Shown piece by piece: positions 1 to 9,367 of a stretch of 64,000 nucleotides of DNA (its first letter is position 1; the number at the start of each line of letters is the position of its first letter). The stretch is from the NCBI GenBank assembly GCA_903916195.1, contig CAIWVP010000162.1:26159-90158 (forward strand), written 5' to 3'. The translations under genes and the position numbers were made by a program. Under the pieces are notes generated by a model that did no database searches, was not told where the DNA came from, and saw only the letters and a list, made by a program, of their open reading frames with translations. The stretch is from an uncultured Verrucomicrobiota bacterium. Its GTDB lineage: Bacteria > Verrucomicrobiota > Verrucomicrobiia > Limisphaerales > UBA9464.

Positions 1-296
1 CCCGGTACCATCGCAAGTCCATCCCGATGCCGGAACACGACGCCTACTCCGCGCTGGCGCCGGCCGACCGACGACGCGTCCGCGTCCTGGCCGCCTGCCT
101 GCGGATCGGCGACGCACTGGACCGCCGGCATCTCCAGCGCGTCCACGGCGTCGGGATCTCCTGGGACGAACGGTCGATGGAGTTCCATGTCGCCAGCGGC
201 GACGGCGCGGCCGCCGAGCTCGCCGCGGCGGAGAAGAAAGCGGATCTGCTGCGGCTGGAGTTCGGAGGAGAAGTGCGGTTCCTGGGGAGCCGGTGA
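1..296 (+). CDS. Ppx/GppA-family phosphatase, C-terminal fragment (5' end outside window)
   Basis: Frame 3 is open from the window edge (RYHRKSIPMPEHDAY...) to TGA 294-296. The LRIGDALDRRH... tail resembles the HD-like C-terminus of Ppx/GppA proteins. Confidence 0.5.
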   Translation, partial: RYHRKSIPMPEHDAYSALAPADRRRVRVLAACLRIGDALDRRHLQRVHGVGISWDERSMEFHVASGDGAAAELAAAEKKADLLRLEFGGEVRFLGSR

Positions 297-313
297 GTCA
301 AAAGCCTCACGCC

Positions 314-355
314 GACCCGAGACCCGAGACCCGAGACCTCAGACCTCAGACTTGA
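314..355. repeat. Tandem heptamer array (GACCCGA x3, GACCTCA x2, GACTTGA)
   Basis: Six head-to-tail 7-bp units read directly in the ppx-yajQ spacer. Confidence 0.9.
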
Positions 356-415
356 TCCCCAAGCCGCCCGAACGGCGCACTTTCCATCCGCACCCCGCAT
401 CTCCATGCTCGGTGG

Positions 416-901
416 ATGCCAAGTTTCGATATCGTCTCGAAAGTCAACTCGATGGAAGTGGAGAACGCCGTGAACCAGGCCCAGAAGGAGTTGCTCACGC
501 GGTTCGACTTCAAGGGCAGCGGCGCGGAGATCGTGCTCGAGAAGCACGAGATCAAGCTGAAGGCGATGGACAACTTCAAGATCCGCGCGCTGGAGGAGAT
601 CGTCGTCGCCAAGCTGGCCAAACGGGGTATCAGCATGAAGAGCATCGACCGCGGCGAGGCAGAGGTCTCGCCGCTCGGCCACGCGCGCCAGGTCATCAAG
701 ATCAAGCAAGGGATCGACGGGCCGACCGCGAAGCAGATCAGCCTGTTCCTCCGCGAGAGCAAGATCAAGGTCACCGCCGCCATCCAAGGCGACGAGCTGC
801 GCGTGAACGGCAAGAGCCGCGACGACCTCCAGGAGGCCATCGCCGCGGTGCGTGATCATGATTTCCCGGTGGCGGTGTCGTTCGTGAACTTCCGCGACTG
901 A
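416..901 (+). CDS. yajQ: YajQ-family nucleotide / cyclic-di-GMP-binding protein (UPF0234)
   Basis: 161 aa. MPSFDIVSKV...NAVNQAQKEL..RFDFKG... is colinear with the YajQ family over its full length. Confidence 0.9.
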   Translation: MPSFDIVSKVNSMEVENAVNQAQKELLTRFDFKGSGAEIVLEKHEIKLKAMDNFKIRALEEIVVAKLAKRGISMKSIDRGEAEVSPLGHARQVIKIKQGIDGPTAKQISLFLRESKIKVTAAIQGDELRVNGKSRDDLQEAIAAVRDHDFPVAVSFVNFRD

Positions 902-983
902 GACGACGGCGCCCTCGGAACGGCCCCCGGGACGCCCAGGCTTCTGCCTTGCCCATCCGGTCCCGGTCCGCACCCTCCCTCCC

Positions 984-2114
984 GTGTCACTCCGCGTCCT
1001 CGTAGCACCCGACAAGTTCAAGGGCACCCTCAGCGCGCAACAGGCCGCGGGTGCGATCGTGGACGGCTGGTGGGCCGCGCGGCCGCAGGATGAGATGGAG
1101 ATGCTGCCGATGAGCGACGGCGGCGACGGCTTCGGCGGCATCGTGGCCGATCTGATGGGTGCCTCCGAGCAGGTCACCGCGACGGTGGATGCCGCGGCCC
1201 GCCCGATCGGCGCGAAGTGGTGGTGGCACGAGGCTTCCCGCACGGCGATCATCGAGGCGGCCCAGGTGGTCGGCTTGGCGATGCTCCCGCCGGGCCGCTT
1301 CCATCCGTTCGAGCTCGACACCCGCGGCCTCGGCGCGGTCATCCGCACGGCCGTCGCGGCCGGCGCGCAGACGGTGGTCATCGGCATCGGCGGCAGCGCG
1401 ACGAACGACGGCGGCTTCGGCGTCGCCACCGCCCTCGGCTGGCGCTTCTACGACGACCACGACCAGCTCATCGACCAGTGGGTGGAGTTGCGCCGCCTCA
1501 CCCGATGGCTTCCGCCGCTCGAACCGATCCTGGGCGTGGACATCGTGGTGGCGGTCGACGTCCAGAACCCGCTCCTCGGCCTGGACGGTTGCACGCGGGT
1601 GTACGGCCCGCAGAAGGGCCTGCTCATGCAGCAGGCGCCGATCGCCGAGGCCGCCCTGGAGAAGCTGGCGCTGCGGGCGCGCGAAGCGGCCGGCCACGAC
1701 GTCTCGGAAGCCCCCGGCTGCGGAGCGGCGGGCGGCCTGGGGTTCGGGCTCAAGGTGTTCCTCGGCGCGCGGATGGAATCCGGCTTCGAGATCTTCGCGG
1801 CCCGCGCGAAGCTCGACGAGAAGATCGCGAAGGCCGACCTCGTGGTCACCGGCGAAGGCGCCATCGACCGGCAGAGCTTCATGGGCAAGGGCACGGGCTG
1901 TATGGCCCAGCGCTGCCGGCTGCTGGGCAAACGCTGCATCGGCCTGGCCGGGATGGTGGAAGGCGGCGCGCAGCTCCCCACGAGCGACCGGCTGTTCCAC
2001 TCCGCCCACGGCATCACGCCGACGATGACCCACCCGGCGGCCGCGAAAAAGGACGCCGCGAAGTGGCTCGAGCGGCTGGCCAACAAGGTCGGGACCGATT
2101 ACGACTGGTCATGA
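984..2114 (+). CDS. glxK: Glycerate kinase
   Basis: 376 aa with a GTG start. The VLVAPDKFKGTLSA N-terminal signature and the GEGAIDRQS motif are typical of the glycerate kinase family. Confidence 0.85.
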   Translation: MSLRVLVAPDKFKGTLSAQQAAGAIVDGWWAARPQDEMEMLPMSDGGDGFGGIVADLMGASEQVTATVDAAARPIGAKWWWHEASRTAIIEAAQVVGLAMLPPGRFHPFELDTRGLGAVIRTAVAAGAQTVVIGIGGSATNDGGFGVATALGWRFYDDHDQLIDQWVELRRLTRWLPPLEPILGVDIVVAVDVQNPLLGLDGCTRVYGPQKGLLMQQAPIAEAALEKLALRAREAAGHDVSEAPGCGAAGGLGFGLKVFLGARMESGFEIFAARAKLDEKIAKADLVVTGEGAIDRQSFMGKGTGCMAQRCRLLGKRCIGLAGMVEGGAQLPTSDRLFHSAHGITPTMTHPAAAKKDAAKWLERLANKVGTDYDWS

Positions 2115-2175
2115 TGGCCGTTCGACCGACACGGGACTTGCGCTTGGCTCGTATGTTCTCATCGGTTTCGCAACG

Positions 2176-2197
2176 GATCGCGGCCATGGCCGCGATC
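2176..2197. promoter_or_regulatory. Perfect 22-bp palindrome GATCGCGGCCATGGCCGCGATC (candidate operator)
   Basis: Exactly self-complementary. It lies about 96 bp upstream of the 2293 start codon. Confidence 0.3.
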
Positions 2198-2292
2198 GGC
2201 TACGCCGCCGGGCACACCGCCCCGCGATCCGTCACCGCATCGTCACCCAACTCAGGGATTCCTCGGACACCCTCGCCAGGTACGATGACCGT

Positions 2293-4752
2293 GTGAGCAA
2301 TCCTCTTCCCGCTTCCGCGCGCGTGGTGATCATCGGCGGCGGCATCGTCGGATGCAGCATCGCGTACCACCTCGCCAAGCTCGGCTGGCGCGATGTGGTC
2401 GTGCTCGAACAGAACCTGCTCGCCGGCGGCACCACGTGGCACGCCGCGGGGCTCGTCGGACGTCTCCGCACCTCGACCAGCCTCACCGCCATCAACAAGT
2501 ACAGCGCCGAGCTCTACCAAGGACTCGAGCGAGAGACCGGGCATCCGGTCGGATGGAAGCAGGTGGGCAGCCTCATCCTCGGGCGCTCGGAGGCGCGGAT
2601 GACCCAGCTCAAGCGCACGATGGCGATGGCCGAATGGTTCGGCATCGGATCCCGCCTGATCTCGCCGGAAGAGGCCAAGGCGAGATGGCCGCTGTTGCGG
2701 GTCGACGACATCCTCGGCGCCGCGTGGCTGCCGCACGACGGCAAGGTGCTGCCCAAGGAGGTCGCCATCGCCTTGGCCAAAGGCGCGCAGGCCGGCGGTG
2801 CGACCCTCGTCGAGGGCGTCCGCGTCACCGGCATCCGTCATCGGGACGGACGCGCCACCGGCGTCGAGACCGACCAAGGCACGATCACCGCGGAGACCGT
2901 GGTGCTCACCGGCGGCATGTGGGCGCGCGACCTCGGGCTCCGCTGCGGCGTCGACCTGCCCTTGTACCCGGTCGAACACCATTATGTGGTGAGCAACCCG
3001 GTCCCGGGCGCCTTCGACGAGCTGCCGGTCGGGCGCGATCCCGACCTGTGCCTGTATTTCCGCGGCGAAGGCGATTCGGTGATGCTCGGCGCGTTCCAGG
3101 CCGAATCGAAGCCGTGGAAGGTCGACCGCGTGCCGGACACGTTCTCGTTCCAGTTGCTGGAGCCGGACTGGGAGAAATTCGCGGAACCGCTGCGCCACGG
3201 CAAACACCGCATCCCTGCGCTCGAGACCAGCGGCTTCCAGAAATTCGTCAACGGCCCCGAGAGCTTCACGCCGGACAACAACTTCCTGATGGGCGAGACC
3301 GCGCAGATGAAGGGCCTCTTCGTCGCCTGCGGCTTCAACTCCGTCGGCATCGCCAGCGCGGGCGGTGCCGGCAAGTACCTCGCGGAATGGATCATCGACG
3401 GCCAACCGAGCCTCGACCTCTGGAGCGTCGACGTCCGGCGTTTCGGCCCGTGGGCCAACAACCGCGAGTTCCTGCGCCGGCGCGTCGTCGAGGTCCTCGG
3501 GCTGCATTACCAGATGGCCTGGCCGAACCGCGAGCCCGAGACCGGCCGCGATATCCGCCGATCGCCGCTGCACGATCGCCTGGCCGCGCGCGGCGCATGC
3601 TTCGGCCAGAAGGCCGGCTGGGAACGGCCGAACTGGTTCGCGCGCGACGGGGCTGGCTTCGCCGGCGAACCGAAGATGGACCACAGCTTCGGCCGGCAGA
3701 ACTGGTTCGAGAACCACGCCGCCGAGCATCGCGCCGCGCGCGAGACCGTCGCCCTCTTCGACCAGACGGCATTCGGCAAGCTCGCGGTGAAAGGCGCCGA
3801 TGCCCTCGCCCTGATGCAGCGGCTCTGCGCCAACGACGTCGATGTCGCCGTCGGCCGCGTGGTCTACACCGGCATGCTCGACGAGCGCGGCGGTTTCGAG
3901 AGCGATCTCACGGTCGTCCGCACCGCGAAGGACGCGTTCTATCTCGTCACCGGCAGCACGCAGGCGGTGCGCGACGCCGACTGGATACGCACGCACATCC
4001 CCGACGGCGCCCGCGTGGATGTCACGGATGTCACCGGCGCCCACGGCGTCATCGGGGTGATGGGGCCGTCCGCGCGGACGCTGCTGGCCCGCGTCACCGA
4101 GGCGGACCTCTCCAATGAGGCGTTCCCGTTCGGCACGGCACGGACGATCTCCGTCGGCCTCGCCACGGTGCGCGCGATCCGGCTGACCTACGTCGGCGAG
4201 CTCGGCTGGGAACTTCACGTGCCGGCCGAACAGATGGTCCACGTCCACGAGACGCTGCACGCCACCGGGACCGGTCTCGGCGTCACCGACGCGGGGCATT
4301 ACGCGGTCAATTCCCTGCGCTTGGAAAAGGGCTACCGGGCGTTCGGTGCCGAGCTCTCGCCCGACGAATCGCCGGTCGAGGCCGGGCTCGGCTTCGCGGT
4401 CGCATGGGACAAGCCCGGCGGCTTCATCGGCCGCGACGCGCTCCTTCGCCAGCGCGCCGCAGGGGTGAAGAAACGTCTCGCCGTGTTCACTCTGGATGAT
4501 CCGGAGCCTGTTCTCTGGGGTAGCGAACCGATCCTGCGCGACGGCGTGATGGTCGGCTACACGACCAGCGGCAGCTACGGCCACACCGTGGGCCGAGCCG
4601 TCGGCATGGGCTACGTGCGGGAGGCCGGCGGCGTGACGGACGCCTTCCTCAAGGCCGGCCGCTACGAGGTCCTCGTCAACGGCATCCGCCGACCGGCGAC
4701 CCTGCATCTCCGCTGCCCGGTCGATCCCGACCGCCGCAAGATCCTGGCCTGA
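2293..4752 (+). CDS. FAD-dependent dimethylglycine/sarcosine dehydrogenase-like oxidoreductase with C-terminal GcvT (aminomethyltransferase) domain
   Basis: 819 aa. It has a VVIIGGGIVGCSIAYHL dinucleotide-binding motif. The C-terminal half is folate-binding GcvT-like (YVGELGWELH, LRLEKGY). Confidence 0.85.
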   Translation: MSNPLPASARVVIIGGGIVGCSIAYHLAKLGWRDVVVLEQNLLAGGTTWHAAGLVGRLRTSTSLTAINKYSAELYQGLERETGHPVGWKQVGSLILGRSEARMTQLKRTMAMAEWFGIGSRLISPEEAKARWPLLRVDDILGAAWLPHDGKVLPKEVAIALAKGAQAGGATLVEGVRVTGIRHRDGRATGVETDQGTITAETVVLTGGMWARDLGLRCGVDLPLYPVEHHYVVSNPVPGAFDELPVGRDPDLCLYFRGEGDSVMLGAFQAESKPWKVDRVPDTFSFQLLEPDWEKFAEPLRHGKHRIPALETSGFQKFVNGPESFTPDNNFLMGETAQMKGLFVACGFNSVGIASAGGAGKYLAEWIIDGQPSLDLWSVDVRRFGPWANNREFLRRRVVEVLGLHYQMAWPNREPETGRDIRRSPLHDRLAARGACFGQKAGWERPNWFARDGAGFAGEPKMDHSFGRQNWFENHAAEHRAARETVALFDQTAFGKLAVKGADALALMQRLCANDVDVAVGRVVYTGMLDERGGFESDLTVVRTAKDAFYLVTGSTQAVRDADWIRTHIPDGARVDVTDVTGAHGVIGVMGPSARTLLARVTEADLSNEAFPFGTARTISVGLATVRAIRLTYVGELGWELHVPAEQMVHVHETLHATGTGLGVTDAGHYAVNSLRLEKGYRAFGAELSPDESPVEAGLGFAVAWDKPGGFIGRDALLRQRAAGVKKRLAVFTLDDPEPVLWGSEPILRDGVMVGYTTSGSYGHTVGRAVGMGYVREAGGVTDAFLKAGRYEVLVNGIRRPATLHLRCPVDPDRRKILA

Positions 4753-4756
4753 GCCG

Positions 4757-4905
4757 CCTGTCTGAAAAAGCAGGACAGTGCCTCCGGCCTGTCTTTTCCG
4801 GGGCTTCCAGCCCCACGCCCGACAGGCGATGCCACGAGTTGGAAGCTCGCAGGCAGACAGGCTGGAAGCCTGTCCCCCTAGGCCGGCCGGCGTTTTCAGA
4901 CAGGC
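4757..4905. repeat. About 150-bp imperfect inverted-repeat element with reiterated CCTGTC/GACAGG hexamers
   Basis: Terminal 13-bp inverted repeat GCCTGTCTGAAAA (4757-4769) / TTTTCAGACAGGC (4893-4905). Inner inverted repeat GGCTTCCAGCC (4802-4812) / GGCTGGAAGCC (4860-4870). The hexamer or its complement occurs 7 times. Confidence 0.6.
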
Positions 4906-5028
4906 ACCGAGCCGCGGGCGACAGCGCCGCGACCGGTAGCGTCCCACCGGGCATCGTCGCACGAAAAAATCGTGCCTCCGCCATGGTCGGGCTTGAGCCG
5001 GCGCCCGGCGGATGTCCATGCTCAGGGC

Positions 5029-7569
5029 ATGACACTCCGTTCGTCGCTCTCCATCGGGCTTTGCCTTGGCATCGCCGCGCTGCTCCCGGCCTTCGCCCAA
5101 GGCTCGCTCAAGGACGCGGCCACCGCCGTCGGCTCCCTGAAGGTCGCCAAAGGATTCAAGGTCGACCTGCTCTACACGGTGCCCAAGGACGGCAAAGGCT
5201 CCTGGGTCTCGATGTGCCTCGACCCGAAGGGCCGCCTCATCGTCTCCGACCAGTACGGCAAGCTCTACCGGCTCACGTTGCCGCCGCTCGGCAGCACGGC
5301 GGAGCCGGGGGTCGAGACCCTCGACATCCCGGTGGGCGGCGCGCAAGGCCTGCTCTACGCCTTCGACAGCCTGTACGTGATGTGCGCGAACGACAAACCG
5401 TACGCCCGCGGCCTCTACCGTGTCCGCGACACGGACGGCGACGACAAGTTCGACGACGTGAAGCTGATCCGCGGCCTCGACGGCGGCGGCGAGCACGGGC
5501 CGCACGCCATCCTGCTCTCGCCCGACGGCAGATCGCTCACCATCGTCTCCGGCAACCAGACCAAGCTCACCGCCATCGATTCCTCGCGGGTGCCCATGCT
5601 CTGGTCCGAGGACCATCTGCTCCCGCGGCTCTGGGACGGCAACGGCTTCATGAAGGGCGTGCTCGCGCCCGGCGGCTGGATCGCCAAGACCGATCCCGAG
5701 GGCAAGACCTGGGAGCTCATGGCCAACGGCTTCCGCAACGAGTACGACGCCGCCTACAACCGCGACGGCGAGCTCTTCGCCTTCGACGCGGACATGGAGT
5801 GGGACATGAACACCCCGTGGTACCGGCCCACGCGCGTCAACCACGTCGCCAGCGGCGCGGAGTTCGGATGGCGCAGCGGCGCCGGCAAGTGGCCCGCCTA
5901 CTATCCGGACAGCCTCGGCGCGGTCGTGGACGTCGGCCCCGGATCGCCCACCGGCGTCACCTTCGGCTACGGCGCGAAGTTCCCCGCGAAGTACCAGGAG
6001 GCCCTGTTCATCAACGACTGGAGCTACGGAAAACTATACGCCGTCCACCTCAAGCCGCAGGGCTCCGGCTACACCGGCGAACTGGAGGAGTTCATCGCAG
6101 GTTCGCCCTTGCCCTTGACCGACCTGGTCGTGAACCCCAAGGACGGCGCGCTCTACTTCGCCATCGGCGGACGCAAGACGCAGTCCGCGCTCTACCGCGT
6201 CACCTGGACCGGCGGCGGATCGACCGCGGCGTCTTCCGGGATGAAGGGCGGCGAGAAGGAACGCGCCCAACGTCACGCGCTCGAGGCCTTCCACGGCAAG
6301 GTCGACCCCAAGGCGGTCAAGGCCGCATGGCCGTTCCTGGGCAGCAAGGACCGCAACCTCCGCTTCGCCGCGCGCGTCGCCATCGAATGGCAGCCGGTCG
6401 GGACCTGGCGCGAGCTCGCGCTGGCCGAGAAGGACCCGGAGGCCAGCATCCAAGCGCTCATCGCCTTGTCCCGTGCCAGCAGCAAGGACGCCTTCCATCG
6501 CAAGGCCTCCGACCCGCAGCCGGACGCCACGTTGCAGGCCAAGATCGTCGCCTCGCTCGACCGCATCCGCTGGGACAAGATCTCCGATCCTCAGCGCCTG
6601 GAGCTGCTCCGCGCCTACTCGCTCGCCTTCACCCGGCTCGGCCGTCCCGATGAGGCGACCCGGACCCGCCTCATCGCCAAGTTCGACCCCGTCTATCCCG
6701 CGAAGACCCGCGAGCTGAACGCCGAGCTCGCGCCGATGCTCGTGTATCTCGAAGCGCCCAGCGCCGCCGCCAAGCTGACCGCCGCGCTCGCGACCGCACC
6801 GACCCAAGAGGAGCAGCTCGACATCGCCCGCTCGGTCCGCGGGCTCAAGAACGGATGGACCCTCGATCAGCGCAAGGCCTACTTCGGCTGGTTCCTCAAG
6901 GCGGCGAACTTCCGCGGCGGCGCCTCGCTCGCCGGCTTCCTCCGCGACATCAAGGCCGATGCCGTCGCCACGCTCAGCCCCTCCGAGAAGACCGCGCTGA
7001 CCGAGGTGCTCAGCGCCAAGCCGGTGGTGAAGAAGCCGCTGGAGAACCTGCTCGCCGGCCGCCCCACCGTGAAGGAATGGACGGTCAACGACCTCGCCCC
7101 GGCGCTCGCCTCGGGCCTGAAAGGGCGGAACTTCGAGCGCGGCCGCGAGCTGTTCGGCGCCGTCGGCTGCTACAACTGCCACCGCTTCGCCACCGAAGGC
7201 GGCGCCGTCGGGCCCGATCTCACCGGCATCGCCGGACGCTTCAACCCGCGCGACCTGCTCGAATCGGTCATCGAGCCCAGCAAGGAGGTCAGCGACCAGT
7301 ACGCGCCGACCGTCTTCACCCTCAAGAACGGCACCACCGTCATCGGCCGCGTGGCCAACCTGAACAACGACGACATCAGCGTGATGGAGGACATGTCCGC
7401 TCCCGGCGACTTCACCAACGTGAAGCGCGCCGAACTGGTGCGGTCCGAGCCCTCGAAGGTCTCGCCGATGCCCGAAGGCCTGCTCAACACGCTCAAGCAG
7501 GACGAGGTGCTCGACCTGATGGCGTTCCTGCTTTCGCGCGGCGAGCGCGACGGCAAGTTCTTCCGGTAA
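5029..7569 (+). CDS. PVC-type heme-binding protein (putative membrane-bound dehydrogenase domain + HEAT-like repeats + C-terminal CxxCH cytochrome c domain)
   Basis: ATG 5029 gives the signal peptide MTLRSSLSIGLCLGIAALLPAFA. FKVDLLYTVPK...SWVSMCLDPKGRL is the Pirellula/Verrucomicrobium N-terminal domain. CYNCHRF is the heme-binding site near the C-terminus. Confidence 0.8.
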   Translation: MTLRSSLSIGLCLGIAALLPAFAQGSLKDAATAVGSLKVAKGFKVDLLYTVPKDGKGSWVSMCLDPKGRLIVSDQYGKLYRLTLPPLGSTAEPGVETLDIPVGGAQGLLYAFDSLYVMCANDKPYARGLYRVRDTDGDDKFDDVKLIRGLDGGGEHGPHAILLSPDGRSLTIVSGNQTKLTAIDSSRVPMLWSEDHLLPRLWDGNGFMKGVLAPGGWIAKTDPEGKTWELMANGFRNEYDAAYNRDGELFAFDADMEWDMNTPWYRPTRVNHVASGAEFGWRSGAGKWPAYYPDSLGAVVDVGPGSPTGVTFGYGAKFPAKYQEALFINDWSYGKLYAVHLKPQGSGYTGELEEFIAGSPLPLTDLVVNPKDGALYFAIGGRKTQSALYRVTWTGGGSTAASSGMKGGEKERAQRHALEAFHGKVDPKAVKAAWPFLGSKDRNLRFAARVAIEWQPVGTWRELALAEKDPEASIQALIALSRASSKDAFHRKASDPQPDATLQAKIVASLDRIRWDKISDPQRLELLRAYSLAFTRLGRPDEATRTRLIAKFDPVYPAKTRELNAELAPMLVYLEAPSAAAKLTAALATAPTQEEQLDIARSVRGLKNGWTLDQRKAYFGWFLKAANFRGGASLAGFLRDIKADAVATLSPSEKTALTEVLSAKPVVKKPLENLLAGRPTVKEWTVNDLAPALASGLKGRNFERGRELFGAVGCYNCHRFATEGGAVGPDLTGIAGRFNPRDLLESVIEPSKEVSDQYAPTVFTLKNGTTVIGRVANLNNDDISVMEDMSAPGDFTNVKRAELVRSEPSKVSPMPEGLLNTLKQDEVLDLMAFLLSRGERDGKFFR

Positions 7570-7576
7570 GGCCCTA

Positions 7577-7599
7577 GCCGGGACGGGCTCCGTCCCGGC
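7577..7599 (+). terminator. GC-rich stem-loop just after the stop codon (10-bp perfect stem GCCGGGACGG/CCGTCCCGGC, 3-nt loop)
   Basis: Read directly. There is no U-tract, so intrinsic-terminator function is uncertain. Confidence 0.4.
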
Positions 7600-7625
7600 C
7601 ACGGACTTCCGGGACGACGAGCTGC

Positions 7626-7803
7626 GCTGCGGCCGACACGGCCGCAGCGGCGGCGAATTGCCGCACGAGCGAAGGATCCCGGCGGGCAGGTTGCCGCCGG
7701 GATCGACGAAGTGGGCCGTTCCCACCGGACGCGGCAGGGACTTCTCCGGCGGATCGCTGGCGGATATCCGGATCCGCCCGGTCGTCGTCACGGTCCGGTG
7801 ACG
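7626..7803. other. Four further perfect-stem hairpins in the same spacer
   Basis: Hairpins at 7626-7648 (9 bp), 7675-7704 (11 bp), 7748-7778 (8 bp, enclosing the palindrome CGGATATCCG) and 7784-7803 (7 bp). Confidence 0.6.
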
Positions 7804-7866
7804 ATGGCGGGCGCAGCTTGACTCGGACACATCGGCCCCGGAAGGTGCGGAATTGATTATCCCCGC

Positions 7867-9255
7867 ATGGAAACGCCTCCTCTCATGTCCGCTGAAACTA
7901 AACCCGCCGTGCCGGGTATTCCGGGCGTCAAAATGACCGCTCCCAAGAAGAAAAGCTCCGGCTGGATCGGGTGGTTCCTGCTCGTCCTCCTGCTCCTCGC
8001 AGGCGGCGGAGGCTACGCCGGATGGCAGAGATTCCGTCCCCAACCGCTCGCGGTGCAGACCGACCCGGTCGTGCGCCGCGGCCTCACCGAGATCGTGACG
8101 GCCACCGGCAAGGTGCAGCCGGTCCTCCAGGTCAAGATCAGCCCCGAGGTCTCCGGCGAGATCATCGAACTGCCGGTGAAGGAAGGACAGGCGGTGAAGA
8201 AAGGCGACCTGCTCGTGCGGATCAAGCCCGATTTCTACATCGCCAGCCGCAATTCCGCGCAGGCGAATTTCCGATCGGCTGAATCCGGACGATCCACCTC
8301 CGTCGCGCAGGCGGCGAAGGCGGAGTCGGAGTTCAAGCGGAACAAGGAGCTGTTCGAGCGCAAGCTGGTGAGCGAATCGGTCTACGACGACTACCGCACC
8401 GCCTTCGACGTCGCCAAGGCGCAGGCCGAGAGCTCCGGCCACCAGATCGAGATGGCCAAGCAGACCCTCAAGAAATCGGAGGAGGACCTGCTGAAGTGCA
8501 CCATCCACAGCCCGATCGACGGCACCGTCAGCAAGCTCATCTCCGAGAAGGGCGAGCGCGTCGTGGGCACCGGCATGATGGCGGGCACGGAGATCATGAC
8601 CGTGGCCGACCTCACCGAGATGGAGGCGCGCGTCGAGGTCGGCGAAGTGGACGTCGTGCTCGTGCAACTCGGCCATCGGGTCCGGCTGGAGGTCGATTCC
8701 TTCCGCGACCGCAAGTTCGCCGGCGTCGTCACCCAGATCGCCAACTCCGCGAAGACCACCGGCCTTAACTCGCAGAGCGAGGCGACCAAGTTCGAGGTGC
8801 GGATCCGCATCGCGGACAAGGCCCGTTTCCTCCCCGGGATGAGCGCCACCGCCGAGGTCGAGACCCGCTACCGCACCAACGTGCTCACCGTGCCGATCCA
8901 AGCGGTGACGACACGCCTGCCGAAGGGCGCCAAGAAGGACGACGCGAAGCCCTCGATGGCCAAGGGCGAGGACAAGGACCTGGAGCAGGAGCTCGCCGAC
9001 CTGAACAAGAAGAAGGACAAGTCCGGTCCGAAGCCGATCGACGTCGTCTTCGCGGTCGAGGCCGGCAAGGCCAGGATGCTGCCGGTCAAGCGGGGCATCA
9101 GCGACGAGTCCTACTACGAGATCCTGGAGGGCCTCACCGAGGGCCAGGAGATCGTGACCGGCAGCTACAAGGCGATCGCCCGCGAGCTCGAGGACGAGAA
9201 GCCGGCCCGCGTGGACAACACCAAGAAGAACGCGAGACCGGACGAGAAGAAGTGA
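7867..9255 (+). CDS. Efflux transporter periplasmic adaptor (HlyD/MacA family)
   Basis: 462 aa with an N-terminal TM helix (WIGWFLLVLLLLAGGGG), coiled-coil hairpin and barrel-sandwich motifs. It sits immediately upstream of the ABC ATPase and permeases. Confidence 0.85.
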   Translation: METPPLMSAETKPAVPGIPGVKMTAPKKKSSGWIGWFLLVLLLLAGGGGYAGWQRFRPQPLAVQTDPVVRRGLTEIVTATGKVQPVLQVKISPEVSGEIIELPVKEGQAVKKGDLLVRIKPDFYIASRNSAQANFRSAESGRSTSVAQAAKAESEFKRNKELFERKLVSESVYDDYRTAFDVAKAQAESSGHQIEMAKQTLKKSEEDLLKCTIHSPIDGTVSKLISEKGERVVGTGMMAGTEIMTVADLTEMEARVEVGEVDVVLVQLGHRVRLEVDSFRDRKFAGVVTQIANSAKTTGLNSQSEATKFEVRIRIADKARFLPGMSATAEVETRYRTNVLTVPIQAVTTRLPKGAKKDDAKPSMAKGEDKDLEQELADLNKKKDKSGPKPIDVVFAVEAGKARMLPVKRGISDESYYEILEGLTEGQEIVTGSYKAIARELEDEKPARVDNTKKNARPDEKK

Positions 9256-9367
9256 GATGATGCTCCGTGTTGCACACCCCGTCCCACGCATCACACCCCG
9301 AGAGACCCGGTCGATCCCGGGCACGGTGGCACATGATGCGTGATGCGCGGTCCGCGAGATTTCTGCC

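Noticed and set aside
2200-5844. 1214-aa minus-strand ORF
   Set aside because: It runs antisense across the DMGDH-like gene, an intergenic repeat element and the start of the heme-protein gene. It has low-complexity Arg/Ala/Gly-rich translation, and the plus-strand products have clear family signatures.
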